This document shows, piece by piece, positions 1-13,020 of a stretch of 64,000 nucleotides of DNA. This stretch comes from Camelus ferus (lineage: Eukaryota): assembly GCF_009834535.1 (NCBI RefSeq), contig NC_045697.1, positions 118,980,001 through 119,044,000 on the forward strand, in the 5' to 3' direction. Under the pieces are notes generated by a model, which made no database searches, was not told where the DNA came from, and was given only the letters and a program-made list of their open reading frames with translations. The position numbers were made by a program, and so were the translations under genes. Numbering within the stretch: position 1 is the first letter of the stretch; each line of letters starts with the position of its first letter.

Positions 1-1329
1 GACTTTTACAGAATCACCTGCTGATGTGCTTCTGGAAGCTACAATAATTCCAAAAATGAAAATAATTCGATTGTCTCCAGAAAAGATAATTTTCCTCAAA
101 ATTGAGCAGCTCTGAAACACACTTCAGGAGTACAGATAGATGCAGTGTTCTTCATTTCCCATGCTGTTCTGACACAATTTTCCACTTATATCAAAGTAAA
201 TTAAAATCGGTCTTCAATAGCAGATGCTCTGCCATGATACAACAATGTCAATTCCACTTATTTATTGAGCCAGAGCAGCTTTAGAATAAATGACTTTATA
301 CCAAACTCCTGCTCGATATCCTGTCTTCTCCCTGGTGGCTAATTCCTTCTTCTTTCTTCCTAAAAGTTCTCCTGTTATGGGAAGTTAGCCTTTACTGTGC
401 ACATTCAATTGGGAAGGCACAAATTAAATATGTGAGGGGATGACATGCATATTTAATTCTTACTTATACATATATACAAGCACACAGGACCTGTGTCTTG
501 GAAGACGTCACTTCCTAATGTGGGCAAGAGGATGGTCTATAGTTCAATCAATGATCTAAAAGCAGTTTTCTAGGATATAATAAAGCAATGCTTGAGTTAT
601 AAGACAGAACAACCCCTGGATATGAATCAGTGGCACCAGTCAGTGGGTGCACATGTGTGCACGCACACGCCCATGCACACGGAGCAGCCTTGGAGACACT
701 CCATCTGTGCTGATGGAGCAAAGCCATGCTGGGGAGATGAGGAAAAGTGCCTAATACAATCAAACCAGGACACCTGAGTAATGGGGAATAGGAGTCAATT
801 GAATTTTCTGGTTAGCTGAAGGTCAAACAAAAACACTTTTAGTTTCAAACGTCATTGTTAAAAACTTTCTTAAAGCACAGGAGCCTGTTTTCCTGCCTTG
901 CTTAGTGTCACATGGCATATTAAACATGACAGATTCGTACTTCTCTGACTGTGGAATGGGAAAGGCCTTGCTCTCATATTTCTGAACATTAGTCTATGTT
1001 TTGCAGCACAGTGGATACTGAAAATGGGGGCAATTTGAGTGAATGGGAATGGACATAACCTAGCAGTCATTGACTGTGTGTGATTTGCCAACCTTCTCCA
1101 AAAAGTAGGGGTAGCAAGCAAATCAGATAAATTGAGGGATCTTGGGGTGGGGAGTCGGGTGGGCTGATAGCTGGGTGGTCCCAGGTAGCTTGTTTTACTG
1201 TGTAAAATTGTGACTATGATCCAGACAGTGACACATTGTCAAATTCTCGTGCCTGTAGCTTTGATACCTGGCCAAGTCTGTGCAGCCAATTTTATCGATG
1301 GTGCATAATGAAGATAACTAACATTCCCT

Positions 1330-1530
1330 GAGGGCCAGGTTGTGTGACTTCCATGCATTGACTCACTGAATTCCTTAAGCACCGTTTGTGGTACATAACA
1401 GTCTTAAAATATGCAGCAGGGAATTATTCTGTTTGCAGATGATAAAATGAAGCTCTGAACTGTTGAAGCCTGGCCCGAAATCATGCAGGTGGGAAGATGC
1501 CGTGCTGGGAGCTGAGCTTGGGCCAGACTA
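1330..1530 (-). mobile_element. MIR SINE (old, diverged)
   Basis: attattctgtttgcagatgataaaatgaagctctgaac...cctggcccgaaatcatgcagg resembles the antisense MIR core (attttacagatgaggaaactgaggc...ttgcccaaggtcacacagc). Confidence 0.6.
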
Positions 1531-4089
1531 CAGAACCTGAAGGGCCCAGCAAGTCCCCTCACCCAGGAACCTGGCCCGCAGCCACTGCCAGGCCCTGTTC
1601 TGTTTCTCTGAGTGCTCATAGGAAAATGCCAGGTACTCAGGGTCAATGTGACTTGATTAAGAAATTCAAACTGGGATAGCCTTTTGTTGGGGACTGTAAC
1701 CTGGGAGTGAGCCTGGCAGTGAAGTAAGGGAGGAAACAGCCCTTGTTGTAAGAATATTTCTAGGGAAGGAGGTTCCCTGATGGGCTGGCATGGGAATCGC
1801 TGTGGTTGTGAGCCCCCCGTTGCCCTGTGGGGGTGTGGGCAGGGGAGGAGAGAGGCTGTTCAGCCTGGTCATAGTCAGTATAGTTTGTAAACAGCTGAGT
1901 TGTGTTCCCTCACAGCTCAGACACCTGCAGGACATGAGGATGCTTAGCTAATGACCAACAGTGGGCAGCAAAGGCCAAGAGTGGGGTGGGGAGGAGAGAT
2001 GGGGCCACCTTCTGGAAGAACCTCTGCCCCAGGGGACCAGGAAGGTAATGAATGATTGGGGGTGCACAAAGGATTTCTATGGCCTCATCAGGTAGTTCCT
2101 ACTTTAAACTGATAGTCTGGAATATATGGTCAAATACGGTGGAATGACTGCTCTTATTTTAGGTTCTACAAACTCTTAGACGGATAGATTTCTATCTCCG
2201 TTATACAAGCACTGCTGGGTGACCTTTACAGTCATGTGAGGATCAAAAGAGTGAGTGCTTATTAATACTATTACCATGCTTCTACTGAATTAGCACTTCA
2301 GCAACAGTATAATGGCCACGCTTCTTAACAACTGCCCCTGTAAGAGCTCTTGTAAGTCACAAATAATAATTATAAAGAAAATATATTAAAAATAATAACA
2401 ATTACAGTTGCAACAACTATGTTGTTTATAACGATGATAGTGTTAGCATCTCCCTCTCATATTAAACAATACCCAACACTGGATTCCTTAGGAAGCAACG
2501 CCAATGCATTTTGGACTCTTCAAGGACTTCACCCCATGAAGCGAGTAGCATTGGTCCACCACAGCCAGAATTGCTGTTCCTTGCCTGGTGGGCTGCCACA
2601 CTGCGACGTCCTGGGCTTCTTCTGGCACCATGCGTCTATACTGGGTAGTCAAGATTCCACGTACCCACTCTGATTTCCAATATATTTTTCTCCAGAGCCA
2701 ACAGAAGGGCCACTGGAAAGAGGCCACAAATAAGGTGGTGAACCCAAACTGAATACCTGTTGAAGGAATGGACACACAACATGGAGTGGTGGATGGATGA
2801 AGGACAACATAAATTCCTTTACTCCTGTAAAGAGAGAGGGGCAAATGGTGAACTAAATCCCAAAGAGAAAAGACATTCATGGTAATAATAATGTTCAACA
2901 GTGAAAGAATCCAAACAAAAGGCAAATATAAAATCTCTGGGAAGAAGACTCATTACAAACTGTTTAATCCACGTATATACCCTTAGTAGGAAAAACATAC
3001 TTAAAAGTCTTTAGCCAACCATAGTTATTTGCTGGTAATAAACTTGGGAATCTTGAAGCATATTATTCACTCTCAGTGTTGAAATAATACAATCTTGGAA
3101 GATGATTTGTAATTGAGGATTAAAAAAAGAATATTGTGGATGTATCTAACAATTTAAATAGAAATAAGAAATGTACCTTTGGGAAAGCTATGCATAGAGA
3201 ACGTTGGAGGAAATACACTGAAAATAGGCAAGTGAGCAAGCTCCCTTGAGTCTGGGAAGGTGAGCGCAGCACATTCAGAGGGTCTATGAAGTTATTACAA
3301 GTCACAGAAAGGTATGCAATTAAAGTGTCCTCCTAAGCAAAATATCCTTCTCCAGGAATTTTTATGTTGATATTTCTATGGTCTGTGTGGTCACAGGAAG
3401 TCAAAGTTATGGTGGTGGCTTAGAAGTTCTTTTCTCTCTGTCTGTAATTTACAGGGCCTTGCTACAGACGGGGCAGCAGAGATCTGTGGTAAGCTGTTCC
3501 ATGGGGTGGGGGAGTGGTTAGAAATGATAAGGCCAGAGGTCTAAAAGACTTTTAGACCCTCCCCTCCTAACGGGCAGATCTTTAAAATAAACTAGCACAT
3601 GTATGTAAATAAGACAGTGGATGAGAGGCAAATTTATAGTCCCTTTAGTGTTACTGCTCAGTCAAGGGGTAGGGACCACTCTGGCCAGGAACGGCAAGAC
3701 CGTGGATGGGGTGGATGGGTAGGAGGAGCTGACATTTGCTTCTGACCTGAGAGGCAGGGGTGTGTTGCAGAAAAGCCGACAGTGCTGGAAAGATGCAGCA
3801 GGTCCACAGCCCAGAAGGAGCTGTCATATTCAGGGAGGTCAGAGAGGAAGAAGCAGAGTTAGTGATGCCACAGGGTCAGCAGTGTGGCAGCAATGATGTC
3901 AGTATCTGTGTCCATAACCCACCTAACCCTACATGAGCTCATCTGCCTACAGGGGGCAGGTAAGTAGCAGAAATGTGTGGAGTGTGTGCAGCCACTGGCA
4001 AATTGGCAAGTGGACATCCTAAGGAAACGCACTGGTCACCGTCACCATATTGGAAAGGGGGCCCCACACTGTCAGATCTCCTTCTTATT

Positions 4090-4830
4090 CAAGAGAAGCC
4101 AGAAATTAAGACTTTATTAGCTATCAACCCAGTTCAAAACCCAGAAAATATATCATTTATAATGACAACCAAAGCACAGACTATTCAGAAATAAATTAAT
4201 GAAAAATGTTAACATGATTCTGATAAATGAGTTAAAAAAAATGATGACTGAATGAACAGTAGAATGCACCATACTCTTCACTGGGCAGACTCAAGTTTGG
4301 GGGACATAGCCAATTTTTTCTCCAAAATAAATTTAGAATCTGAATGCAAATTTAGTTAATAATCCCAAATGGATTTAAGGAAATAAGATGAAAGGTGATC
4401 CTAAAGTTCTTCCAGAAATATACACAAATATACAGATAAAATAATGAAGAGGGATGTTTGAATTTGTAGTATTAGGGACATTCTGGAAAAGGATAAAATA
4501 GGACCAACTCTAGAATGTATTAATCTATGGTCATGGAAACAGTTTTGAAATAGTGCACTGAGAGTATGAATGAAATAGAATACATTTCAAGAATAGACGT
4601 GGATATTTAAGATTTTAGTAATATTATAAAACTGACACTTCAAATCGGTGGATTGGAATTCTGGAGTAATTAGCTAAATCATTGGAACACTTGGTACGGT
4701 GTCCTCATTTTTGACATTAAAATAAATTCCAGATAATTTTTCAATTAAAATAAAACACCAGAAATAACCCAACATGATTTAATCTGTTCAGATATTTAAG
4801 CGAGAAGAACTTTCTAAAAAGCTTTTGGAA
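4090..4830 (+). mobile_element. Ancient L1 (L1M-type) ORF2 fragment, degenerate
   Basis: A-rich tract with L1 ORF2-like blocks: ggcagactcaa, aataatcccaaatggatt, gatcctaaagttc, gaaatagaatac and aaaataaattccagat. Confidence 0.65.
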
Positions 4831-4949
4831 CAAAGACCAACAACAGCAAAGGCCTAGCAACTCAGCAAGGCCAGAAACTCCCAATGTAAAACAAAACTAA
4901 CCCTCGCCCAAGCCTCTCTCACGGCCCTGTATTGCTCTCTCACACTTCC

Positions 4950-6540
4950 TACACTTTCTTCTTCCCTTTAAATTCCAGTTTCTTGGAGAAGTAGCTGCGC
5001 TGATGACTCCTCCAGGGCTCAGAGCCCTGCATCCCCCACAGCCCTCACCGCGGCACTGAGACAGGAGTTGCACTGCCGGTGGCTGCGTGTTCCAAAGCCA
5101 GTGGGCATTTTCAGTCCCTGTTTATTTGATTACCATGTAGCTTTTGCCGTGGACAAATATTTTCCTCTCTGTGGAATGTTCCTCCCTCTTGATTTTTGTT
5201 TTACTTAAATTATTTTAAAAAGCCCAGGCAGAAAATTGTTTGTGCACATATGCACACACACAGATACACACAGATCTGTTTTTTAAAGGCTACCTAAGTA
5301 TAGCCCTCCTCCTCCTTTCCCCCAGGCTTGGCAATGAAAGGTGGGCTTTAGCTCTTGCTTTTTTGCTCCACACACCTCCCTTTCTCACTATGCTCCTTTT
5401 AGTCAGTGTTCAAATCCCTCTTAAGCCAGCCTTCTCTGTGTTGCCTCAACTAGTTTTCTCCCAACTGCTCTGCTATTCTTCTTTCTCTTGGTGGATTTCT
5501 CTTCTCCCATTTGCTGCGTACATGGCACTTTCCCCCAGGGCCTCGTCTTCAATCCTCTGCCTGGCAGGACTGAATCGCCCCCACGGCATCACCCACAGAT
5601 CCTCTGAGCTCCTGACTGGTGAATCCAGCTTAAATACGGGCATCACCCCTAGATCCTCTGAGCTCCTGACTGGTGAATCCAGCTTAACTACGGGCATCAC
5701 CCCTCACATGTCCCATAGACACCTCACACTCAAAATGCCACACACAGAACCATCTCCTTGAAACCAGATCCTCCCCTTACACTCCCCCTGCAGATCCACT
5801 CTGCTCTCCGGATGGGTCACTGGAAAGTCACCTCAACAGCTCTGCGACCGCCGCCCCGGCCCTGCTGTCCCCTCTGCAGCAGTCACCACTTCTGCCGCCC
5901 GTGTCTCTCTCCCTCTGCCCAGGGCCTCTCTGCACGTGTGTGCCATTTGTTGTCTGGTTTACCTGAGGTGGTCCCCGAAATTCCCTTTCCCCCCAAAATA
6001 TGATCCTCCCACTAAAAATATTATCTTCCATTCTGCTGCAAGAATAACCAGATCTTCTTCAACATAAACATTATGCAATTCTCTTGCTTAAAAATATTTC
6101 AATATATCCGTGTTTCTTTAAGGATACATTCAAGTCTAAGCACACAAGGCCCATCGTGACAGAGGCCTTGTGCAACTGATATCCCCACCTATGGATCCTT
6201 TGTTCTAGCCCTACATGTTGTTCTTCAGTCTGGCCAAGCTGCTTCATGCCGTGTGCTCTTATATGTCTCTACCTCTCTGCATGAAGTGTCCACTCCCTCT
6301 ACCACACGTTGAGAGCTAACTTACATTTACCTTTTAAAATCCAGTTCAAATGTCTCCAGCTCTAGGAAGTCCAATGTGTGTTCACCTGCTTAGCAGTCCA
6401 TCAACGACTCGCCATGCCTCACCTGGCCTGGGGAGTGCAGACACCAAGTCTTACCTGTCTCAGTCTCCCCAGCAGTTCATACAGTGTTTGGCACAGCAGG
6501 TGCTCAGTGTTTGTTGGATGGATAAACGAATGAATGAGTA
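4950..6540 (+). mobile_element. L2 LINE remnant (fragmented RT region through 3' tail)
   Basis: L2-like blocks: agccagtgggcattttcagtccctgtttatttga (~5095), cacatgtcccatagacacctcacactcaaaatg (~5705) and ctcttgcttaaaa (~6080). The L2 3' end is cagtgtttggcacagcaggtgctcagtgtttgttggatggataaacgaatgaatga. Confidence 0.7.
5585..5704 (+). repeat. 54-bp tandem duplication (~2.2 copies) inside the L2 remnant
   Basis: ggcatcaccc at 5585, 5639 and 5693; the core agatcctctgagctcctgactggtgaatccagcttaa is identical in both full copies. Confidence 0.95.
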
Positions 6541-8062
6541 AAGAGATGAGAGTTCTACAATCCCCTCCAGTTACTCAGGTGCCATTTTGGAAAGTTCATC
6601 CCACAGAGATAAAGAAATGTCAGTGCAGGTAGTGGGCATACAGAGCAGAGGTGAGGGCTTGCGGGAGACAGGCCTGGAGAGTGCAGGGGGCGAGGGTGGG
6701 ATAGCACTGGAGAGAGAGGGGATGAAGGGGGTGGGTGCAAGGAGACGTTGAAGAACAACTGATATTAACTGCAGTAAATTGAATGGAGAATATAATATAT
6801 GAAGGGAAGGTCAAGCTAACCCAACAAGGGTGGGAGAGGCAGTACCAGAGACAAAGGGGGCTCACATCCTCACTCACTGCATGTCACACACCGCCCGCCT
6901 GCTGGGAAGGCATTGCCAAGTTCTTGAGAGACGTGTTTGTGCTGTGGGCGCTCTGAGTACAAAACAGTGTCTTACAGCTTCCAGATGTTAAGACTTATGT
7001 CCCGTGTCTGAGTTCTCAGTAGGCAGGATCATTCGCTGGCGGGGGGAGAGCTATTTTGGCTGACACCTCAGTGTTACTCTAATAATCTCAAAGGATGGGG
7101 AATTCACTACAACAAATAAAAAAGAATTTTCACTCAAAGAAATATGCCATTTAGATCCTGGTGGGGCCGTGGGGGCAATGTTACCGCCAACTCATCTAAC
7201 AGTTGTATGTGAGTGTGTTGAAACTCCAAGTCCAAGTCACTTAAACACGTATTAGAACCAGGGTCCAGGCCGCAGTGCTCCGGACATGGACGGGATGATG
7301 CAAAGCCTGACTACAGCCTCCGACAGGATCAGTCCAGCCGGGGAGCACAATGGACACGGACACGATCACGCACCATCAAGACAAGAATCAAGTGCGATTA
7401 ATGCCTAGAAAGGAGAGCAGAAAATCTGTGTAAAAGGTGGAGAGTTCCTGCCGAGGCTTGGCAAGGGTCCTTCCAGGCAGAAAAGCAGAGAAAGTTACTT
7501 CAGTCGAAGGAGACCAGGGCTGGTGGCTGTAAGCACGGGTGGAGGGCTCCAGGGTCATCTGTCAGGAGCTGTTCCCCTTCAGCAGCTAAGAGGCATAGCT
7601 AAAAAGGCAGATGGGGTGTCATTAATGATCATGGGGAACATTGGAAGAAGGAAACTGTGGTCGGGAGATCACCACCAAAGGCACTTTGTTTTAGAGGAAC
7701 AAAAATACTTCAAAAAGCACTTGGAAATTCTATCTCCCATGAACCAAAAGAACAAAAAATAGGTTTCACTCCAGCGTCGAATACAGAATAACAGACTGCC
7801 TACTCTCAGAAACGGATTAATTTTTCTAATTCATTAGGGATTATTTAGATAATAGGAAAACAATTTAATAAATCTGAAAAATCTCTCTAGAATAGGTGTT
7901 ACTCCATCCTTTCTTGCAGGGTAGGGGGAGGCTGAATTATTTAATTGGTACTTTAATGACACTATGAAGTTCTAAAAGTCCTATCAATTCCTCCCCAAAG
8001 CATACTTTTCCTTCAATGCCCTTTATTTGACTTAATTAGAACAATAACTTTTTTCCAAGGTT

Positions 8063-8080
8063 TGTGTGTGTGTGTGTGTG
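8063..8080. repeat. (TG)n microsatellite
   Basis: Nine TG units read directly. Confidence 0.9.
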
Positions 8081-9899
8081 TTAAAGTAACAAATGATATG
8101 CTGCCCCCAGAATGTTGTTGTTATTAATGCTGATAATAGCCCCAACAAGAAATATTTACAATTATGACTCATCTTGGAATAGTGGGTCATTGGATTACAG
8201 TCCTTTTGAAAATAAGCAGAATAGACAAACAGCTTCCACACCAGGGACTGCAGCTGCACCCCTGATGAAGCCTGCTCATGAAACACAGCAAAACTAAAAT
8301 GGACTCAAATCAGACCCCAGGCTGCAAAGCATTGCTCACTGAAGACGCTGCAAGATGCCCTTTCACTCCCCGAAGGAAGCAGATGCATTTCCATATATAA
8401 AGTATATCTTTAAAAGCAATTATTTTATATATAGAAAGTGATTCAGTAAACAAACAAACAAAAACCTCCCTTTATCTGCAGACTTATAAACAGGAAGCAC
8501 AAAGGGGTGTCTTAGCAAACCCAAACACCTAGGCATAAGTGCAAACAAAGCCTGTCCACCGAAATCCTTTCCTGTTCTCCTAAGCTTATAAAAACTGCAA
8601 TTCATGGCAATGGTGAGCTGAAAGTCTCAGATACAAAATGTGCACATCATCAACCTTCTAGTAGATAAAAGCGTGCCATGCATAATAGAAGAGATGATGT
8701 TTCCTATGGAAATCTGTTTTGAGATGCATCCAAAGGCAACTGAGAGCTCAAAACCAAGTTCAACCAAAGAGAAACAGAGCCCAAGCAAATGTACAGAAAT
8801 GGACAAAGACATTGAAGGAGGGGATCTGTGCTCAACCTTAATTCCAGACCAGCAAATTCATCCTGCATTCAAGCCAGTGATGTGCCATGAGGTCACTCAA
8901 GGAACCAGGCAGAAACCATGGGCCAGAGGAAATAGGGACAATGTCAAAGGCAGGTGTGAGATGTGGCAGGGGTGACCCTGTGACCCTTGCTGCAACAAGG
9001 CAGGCTGCTCCTGCGGGCTTTCTGCACATGCTGGCGGGCTCACATGACTCTGTTTAGAAGGATATCAGACAACAGCTGTGCCACACGGGCTGCAGCCCGC
9101 ACTGAGTCACATCTAGTAACGGTTCTGAGTTCATCCTTAGATGACATGGTCAGAACGCTCTGAGAATTAATGGTGGAGACGTACCTGAATGAATATTCCA
9201 TTTCATTCCTTGGCAGTAAATCTTCAGCTTTGTACAACATAAATACTGACAAAGATACACACAGGCACCCTATTTGAAAGCCTGACTGCATAATTGCATC
9301 TATTGGAGAAAAGCGGGCTCCGTTTCGGTATGCTAGGTCATTGTTCGGCTCGGTAACCGATGCTTCTGAGACCCAAAACATACTCTTGTATAACCGACAG
9401 CACCGAAATCTCCACTGATGACTTGCTCATTTCAAGGTATTCATAAAATAACCCCAGTTTGCCCATGGGATACAGATGGTTGTCCCGTTCCCATCGTGGG
9501 GTGGTCTGTTCTGCTCCCGAAACTGTGGTACCATTAGATTCATGACCCAGCTGCCAAACAGATCAAATTATAAGGCAGGATATTATTAGACCAAGGTCAT
9601 TAAAGTATTACTGACAATTCAAGCTGAACACATCATCTTCCCAAGAATTTAATTTGTTTTCAGGCTAAATTTCTTTTTATTGCTGCCTCCTTACCCCCAA
9701 ATACTTTGAAAACTAGTCCTGACTACGTACCTTGGGTTTACCAAAATTGTAACGACTACTACTTTATCTCCTACCTCCTTTCATGTGGGCATTTCAGCTT
9801 TCAGAAGATACTTCCCTCATTTGTCTTTTCCCCCCCATTTCTCTGCTATTATCCACCATGGTCTTTCCAGTCTGAAAACTGTCAGAGAAAATAAGTAAA

Positions 9900-10260
9900 A
9901 GAAAGAAAGACAGGGTCTGTGAGCTGGTGATAAGTGCTGCGGGGAAAGTAAAGGAGGGCGAGGAATGTGTGGTAGGTAGGAGTGGGGCTGGGGCAGTGAC
10001 CTTTGAATAAGGCAAAGATGGAGGCAAAGGGGTGGGCAGAGGAGGGGCAGAGGGAATGGTGATCACAGGCCTGGAGGTCCCTCACGCTGGACAGACAGCA
10101 TGGAGACTGGTGTGGGCCACAGTGAGTAGGAAATTACTGGTGGTTTTGGGGGGTGTAGCCTAAGAGGGTGCCATGAGGATGTGGGCATTTTTCCCTCTGA
10201 AGGAATTGCGGAGCCATGGAGGGTCACCGAGCAGAAAAGTGATACTCTAACGTTGGATCG
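9900..10260 (-). mobile_element. L2 LINE fragment, antisense
   Basis: ggtgataagtgctgcgggg, gtgacctttgaataagg and ggagccatggagggtcaccgagcagaaaagtgat resemble the antisense L2 3' region. Confidence 0.6.
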
Positions 10261-11422
10261 AACAGATCAAAGACCCTAATTTAAGCTGAACAAATGAAGG
10301 GCCAATGAAGTGACATGCCTCCTCAAAGTCAGTGCAGAGCTTGAAAGAAACACAGCCTCGACTCGCAGCCCAGTGCTCTGCCCCCTCCTGGATGCTGTCC
10401 CACAGAGCTGTCTCTAAGGTTATCTTTTTTCCTCACTCAGAGGCTTGTGGGCCAACTGAATGCTTCCCCCTTTTTCAAATGGCAATTTGTCCTGAAACGA
10501 AATCGGAGTTGGCAGTGAAACAAGGCATGGACCTGTAGCCTTCAGAGCTGTTGTCCCTGAAAGCAAAAGCTGGCGCGCGGTTTACTCATGGAGTTCAGCA
10601 GAAGAGACAGAGCAACAACAGACAACTTAGAGTCCGGCTGAGCTTCTGCTGACTGCACTGCACATGTGGATGGATTTCAAATTTGGACAGTGAGTCGGCT
10701 TCACACGAAAGGCAGGTGTATACATCATACATGCCCACACGTCTGTATGCACACACACGTGGACACACACAGAGTATATGATGTGACTTGTAAAGAGCTG
10801 CCCCTGCGAGGTTTCCCACTGCCTCTGATCTCAGCTTTAACTGTTCACTGGCCATGCTCCCAGGTTTGCTATGAGATTTCTTTGCAATGGAACACGCCCT
10901 TCGCTTCACAAACTTTCCCCACCTCTTTTAATGACATTAGGGGAAGAGCAGGGAGCTTTGGGAAGTGGTGGGGATATGGACTCGAGATACCCCTGAATCT
11001 GAATCCACACTTCATGGCTTTTTCATTGTTTAACTTTAGTTACATTCAAAATGCAACTGTTGCAGATCTCAGAAGATGACTGACACTCACTGCTGTGGCA
11101 GAATGTTGCGGTCAGTAGACCCACCGCTGGATCCTCTTATTCAACACGTTCTTCCAATAATTCAGATGTTACTGTATCACAAATGTCCACTTCTATATTC
11201 TGATATCTGCTTTTCAGTATAATTATCTTCCTTCTTTATTCTCTAAATCTTATGATTTTTAAACATTTTTCTGAGAAGGGGTCCACAGGCTGTTTACTTA
11301 TGATAAATTGATAAAGGGATCCTGGAGACCAAAACCACATTTAAATCCTGAGATAAACTCAACTCTGTCATATACATGGCTAGATTTAGTTTGCAAATAC
11401 TTTGTTTTGAAATTTTTGCATC

Positions 11423-11602
11423 AAACAAGGTCCTACTGTACAGCAAAGGGAACTACATTCAATACCTTGTAACAGACTATAGTGAAAAAGAATATGACAA
11501 GGAATACATATATATATATATATGTATGTATAACTGAATCACTATGCTGTACACCAGGAATTAACACAATATTGTAAACCAACTATATTTCTAACAAAAA
11601 AA
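11423..11602 (+). mobile_element. 5'-truncated young L1 3' UTR, cetartiodactyl (camelid-like) type, with short A tail
   Basis: aaacaaggtcctactgtacagcaaagggaactacattcaatacc...gaatatgacaaggaata(ta)n tgtataactgaatcactatgctgtacaccaggaattaacacaatattgtaaaccaactata matches, from memory, the artiodactyl L1 3' end. Confidence 0.85.
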
Positions 11603-11611
11603 TATTTGAAA

Positions 11612-11710
11612 TAAAATGGGGAGATTAAACCTACACTGCCCACAGGCTATCAGGATTAAATGATTCAAAGCAGGCCAGGTATTAGCAACACCCCTAACAC
11701 ATCAAAACCC
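11612..11710 (+). mobile_element. MIR 3' fragment
   Basis: aaaatggggagattaaacctacactgcccacaggctatcaggattaaatga resembles the MIR core and 3' part. Confidence 0.55.
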
Positions 11711-11779
11711 CATGTGGGATTTTCCTTTTGAGCAGCACAGGGTAATCAGCTGTGGTCACCTGTAAATAGGGTTGATGTC

Positions 11780-12240
11780 ACTTATAGCCTTGGCTTGGGA
11801 ACATCGTTTCCACAGGGGTGGGGGTCACTGCAGCACCTACGAGAATGACGGGGACAGCCTGCTGCTGAAGCCGCTCCCCAGGCCGCAGCCCGGAGCGCTG
11901 CAGTCAGGTCTGAGGTTCGGCCGGGAGCACGCAGCTCCACAGCCACTTGGAGCCCTGCGGTGCGTGTGGCGCTGGGACCGCGCTCGTCCATCACCCTTCC
12001 TGGCACCCAGACTCGGGAGTCTCTTGGGGGAATTTTTCTCTGCCTCATACTTCCTGTCTCAGCCTCTTGTGGAATCCGGTCCATGCCCCAGGGAAGCAGG
12101 GCTTTTACCCTCCGGGACCCAAATCCATCACGGTTTGGATCCAGGATGAAACTTCCATGCTAACTCATCTGGCGCTCCCTTCTTGTGCTGAACTGCCCTC
12201 CCCCGTCGATGGCATTAGGTCGTATTAGAAGTCCCGACTT
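11780..12240. promoter_or_regulatory. Small CpG/GC-rich patch (weak CpG-island-like)
   Basis: Local cluster of CpGs (ccgctccccaggccgcagcccggagcgc...ttcggccgggagcacg...ggaccgcgctcg) in otherwise CpG-poor DNA. Confidence 0.3.
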
Positions 12241-12859
12241 GCTTGTCCTTAGCTAAGGCTCTGAGCCACTTGCCCAGTCTTCCTGAGTGGAACCACTCTT
12301 CTGTGGCAGAAAAGCTTGGGCTGTCGTCTACCCATCATTGTCCTCGGTCTTTTCGGTTTTCTGTTGGGTTACAGTTCTCGTGCAGGGATATCAATTTGCA
12401 CATGAGAAGCACCTGTAGACATATTAAAAAATACAGACACTGGATCCGCCCCCCTTTCCAGCCAAGGCTGGAAGCTTTCTCCCTCTAGCAGGGGTTACGC
12501 AATCATGTGCTTGGGAATTGACCACACATGTTGCCATAATCATAGTAAATTTCCCTTTACTCAGTGCTTGCCACGTGGCATTTTCTTCTTCATGTTGTCT
12601 TTGTACCCTCATTATCACATGTAATCCCTGCATTACAGATTATCACCATTTCTGTTGAGGACACTCCCACTTGCTAATCTTGAATACAAGTATCTTTGAT
12701 TCTCTTAATCTATTTCATTCCTGAGTTTCCTGTTCCTGAATTTAAAGAGTGAATTATGGACACATGTATTTAAGATTCTCTTATTATATGTATCTGACTC
12801 ATCCTGTAACCAAATCATATCTGGAGAAGAGAGATTTTCTCTTTTAAACACTTGCTTTT

Positions 12860-13020
12860 TCTTATTATATAGTAGTGCATACCCACGGTGGAAATTGTAG
12901 AGTACATATAAAGTAAGAAAATAAAACCATAAATTATCTAAACACCAAAGGACAATGCTATGTCATTTTGGGCATTTAACTATTTTTCTTAATATTTTAA
13001 CATAAAATTTCCCTAGGGCA
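12860..13020 (-). mobile_element. Ancient L1 (L1ME-like) 3' end fragment, antisense
   Basis: tagtagtgcatacccacggtggaaattgtagagtacatataaagtaagaaaataaaaccataaattatctaaacaccaaaggacaatgct resembles antisense L1ME 3' ends. Confidence 0.45.

Noticed and set aside
5240..5761. Longest ORF (173 aa, hydrophobic, with an 18-aa repeat)
   Set aside because: TTG start, lies in degenerate L2/pyrimidine-rich DNA, and the repeat simply reflects the 54-bp duplication.
8690..8760. Possible C/D box snoRNA (atgatg ... ctga)
   Set aside because: Box C is imperfect, there is no convincing terminal stem, and no guide sequence was recognised.
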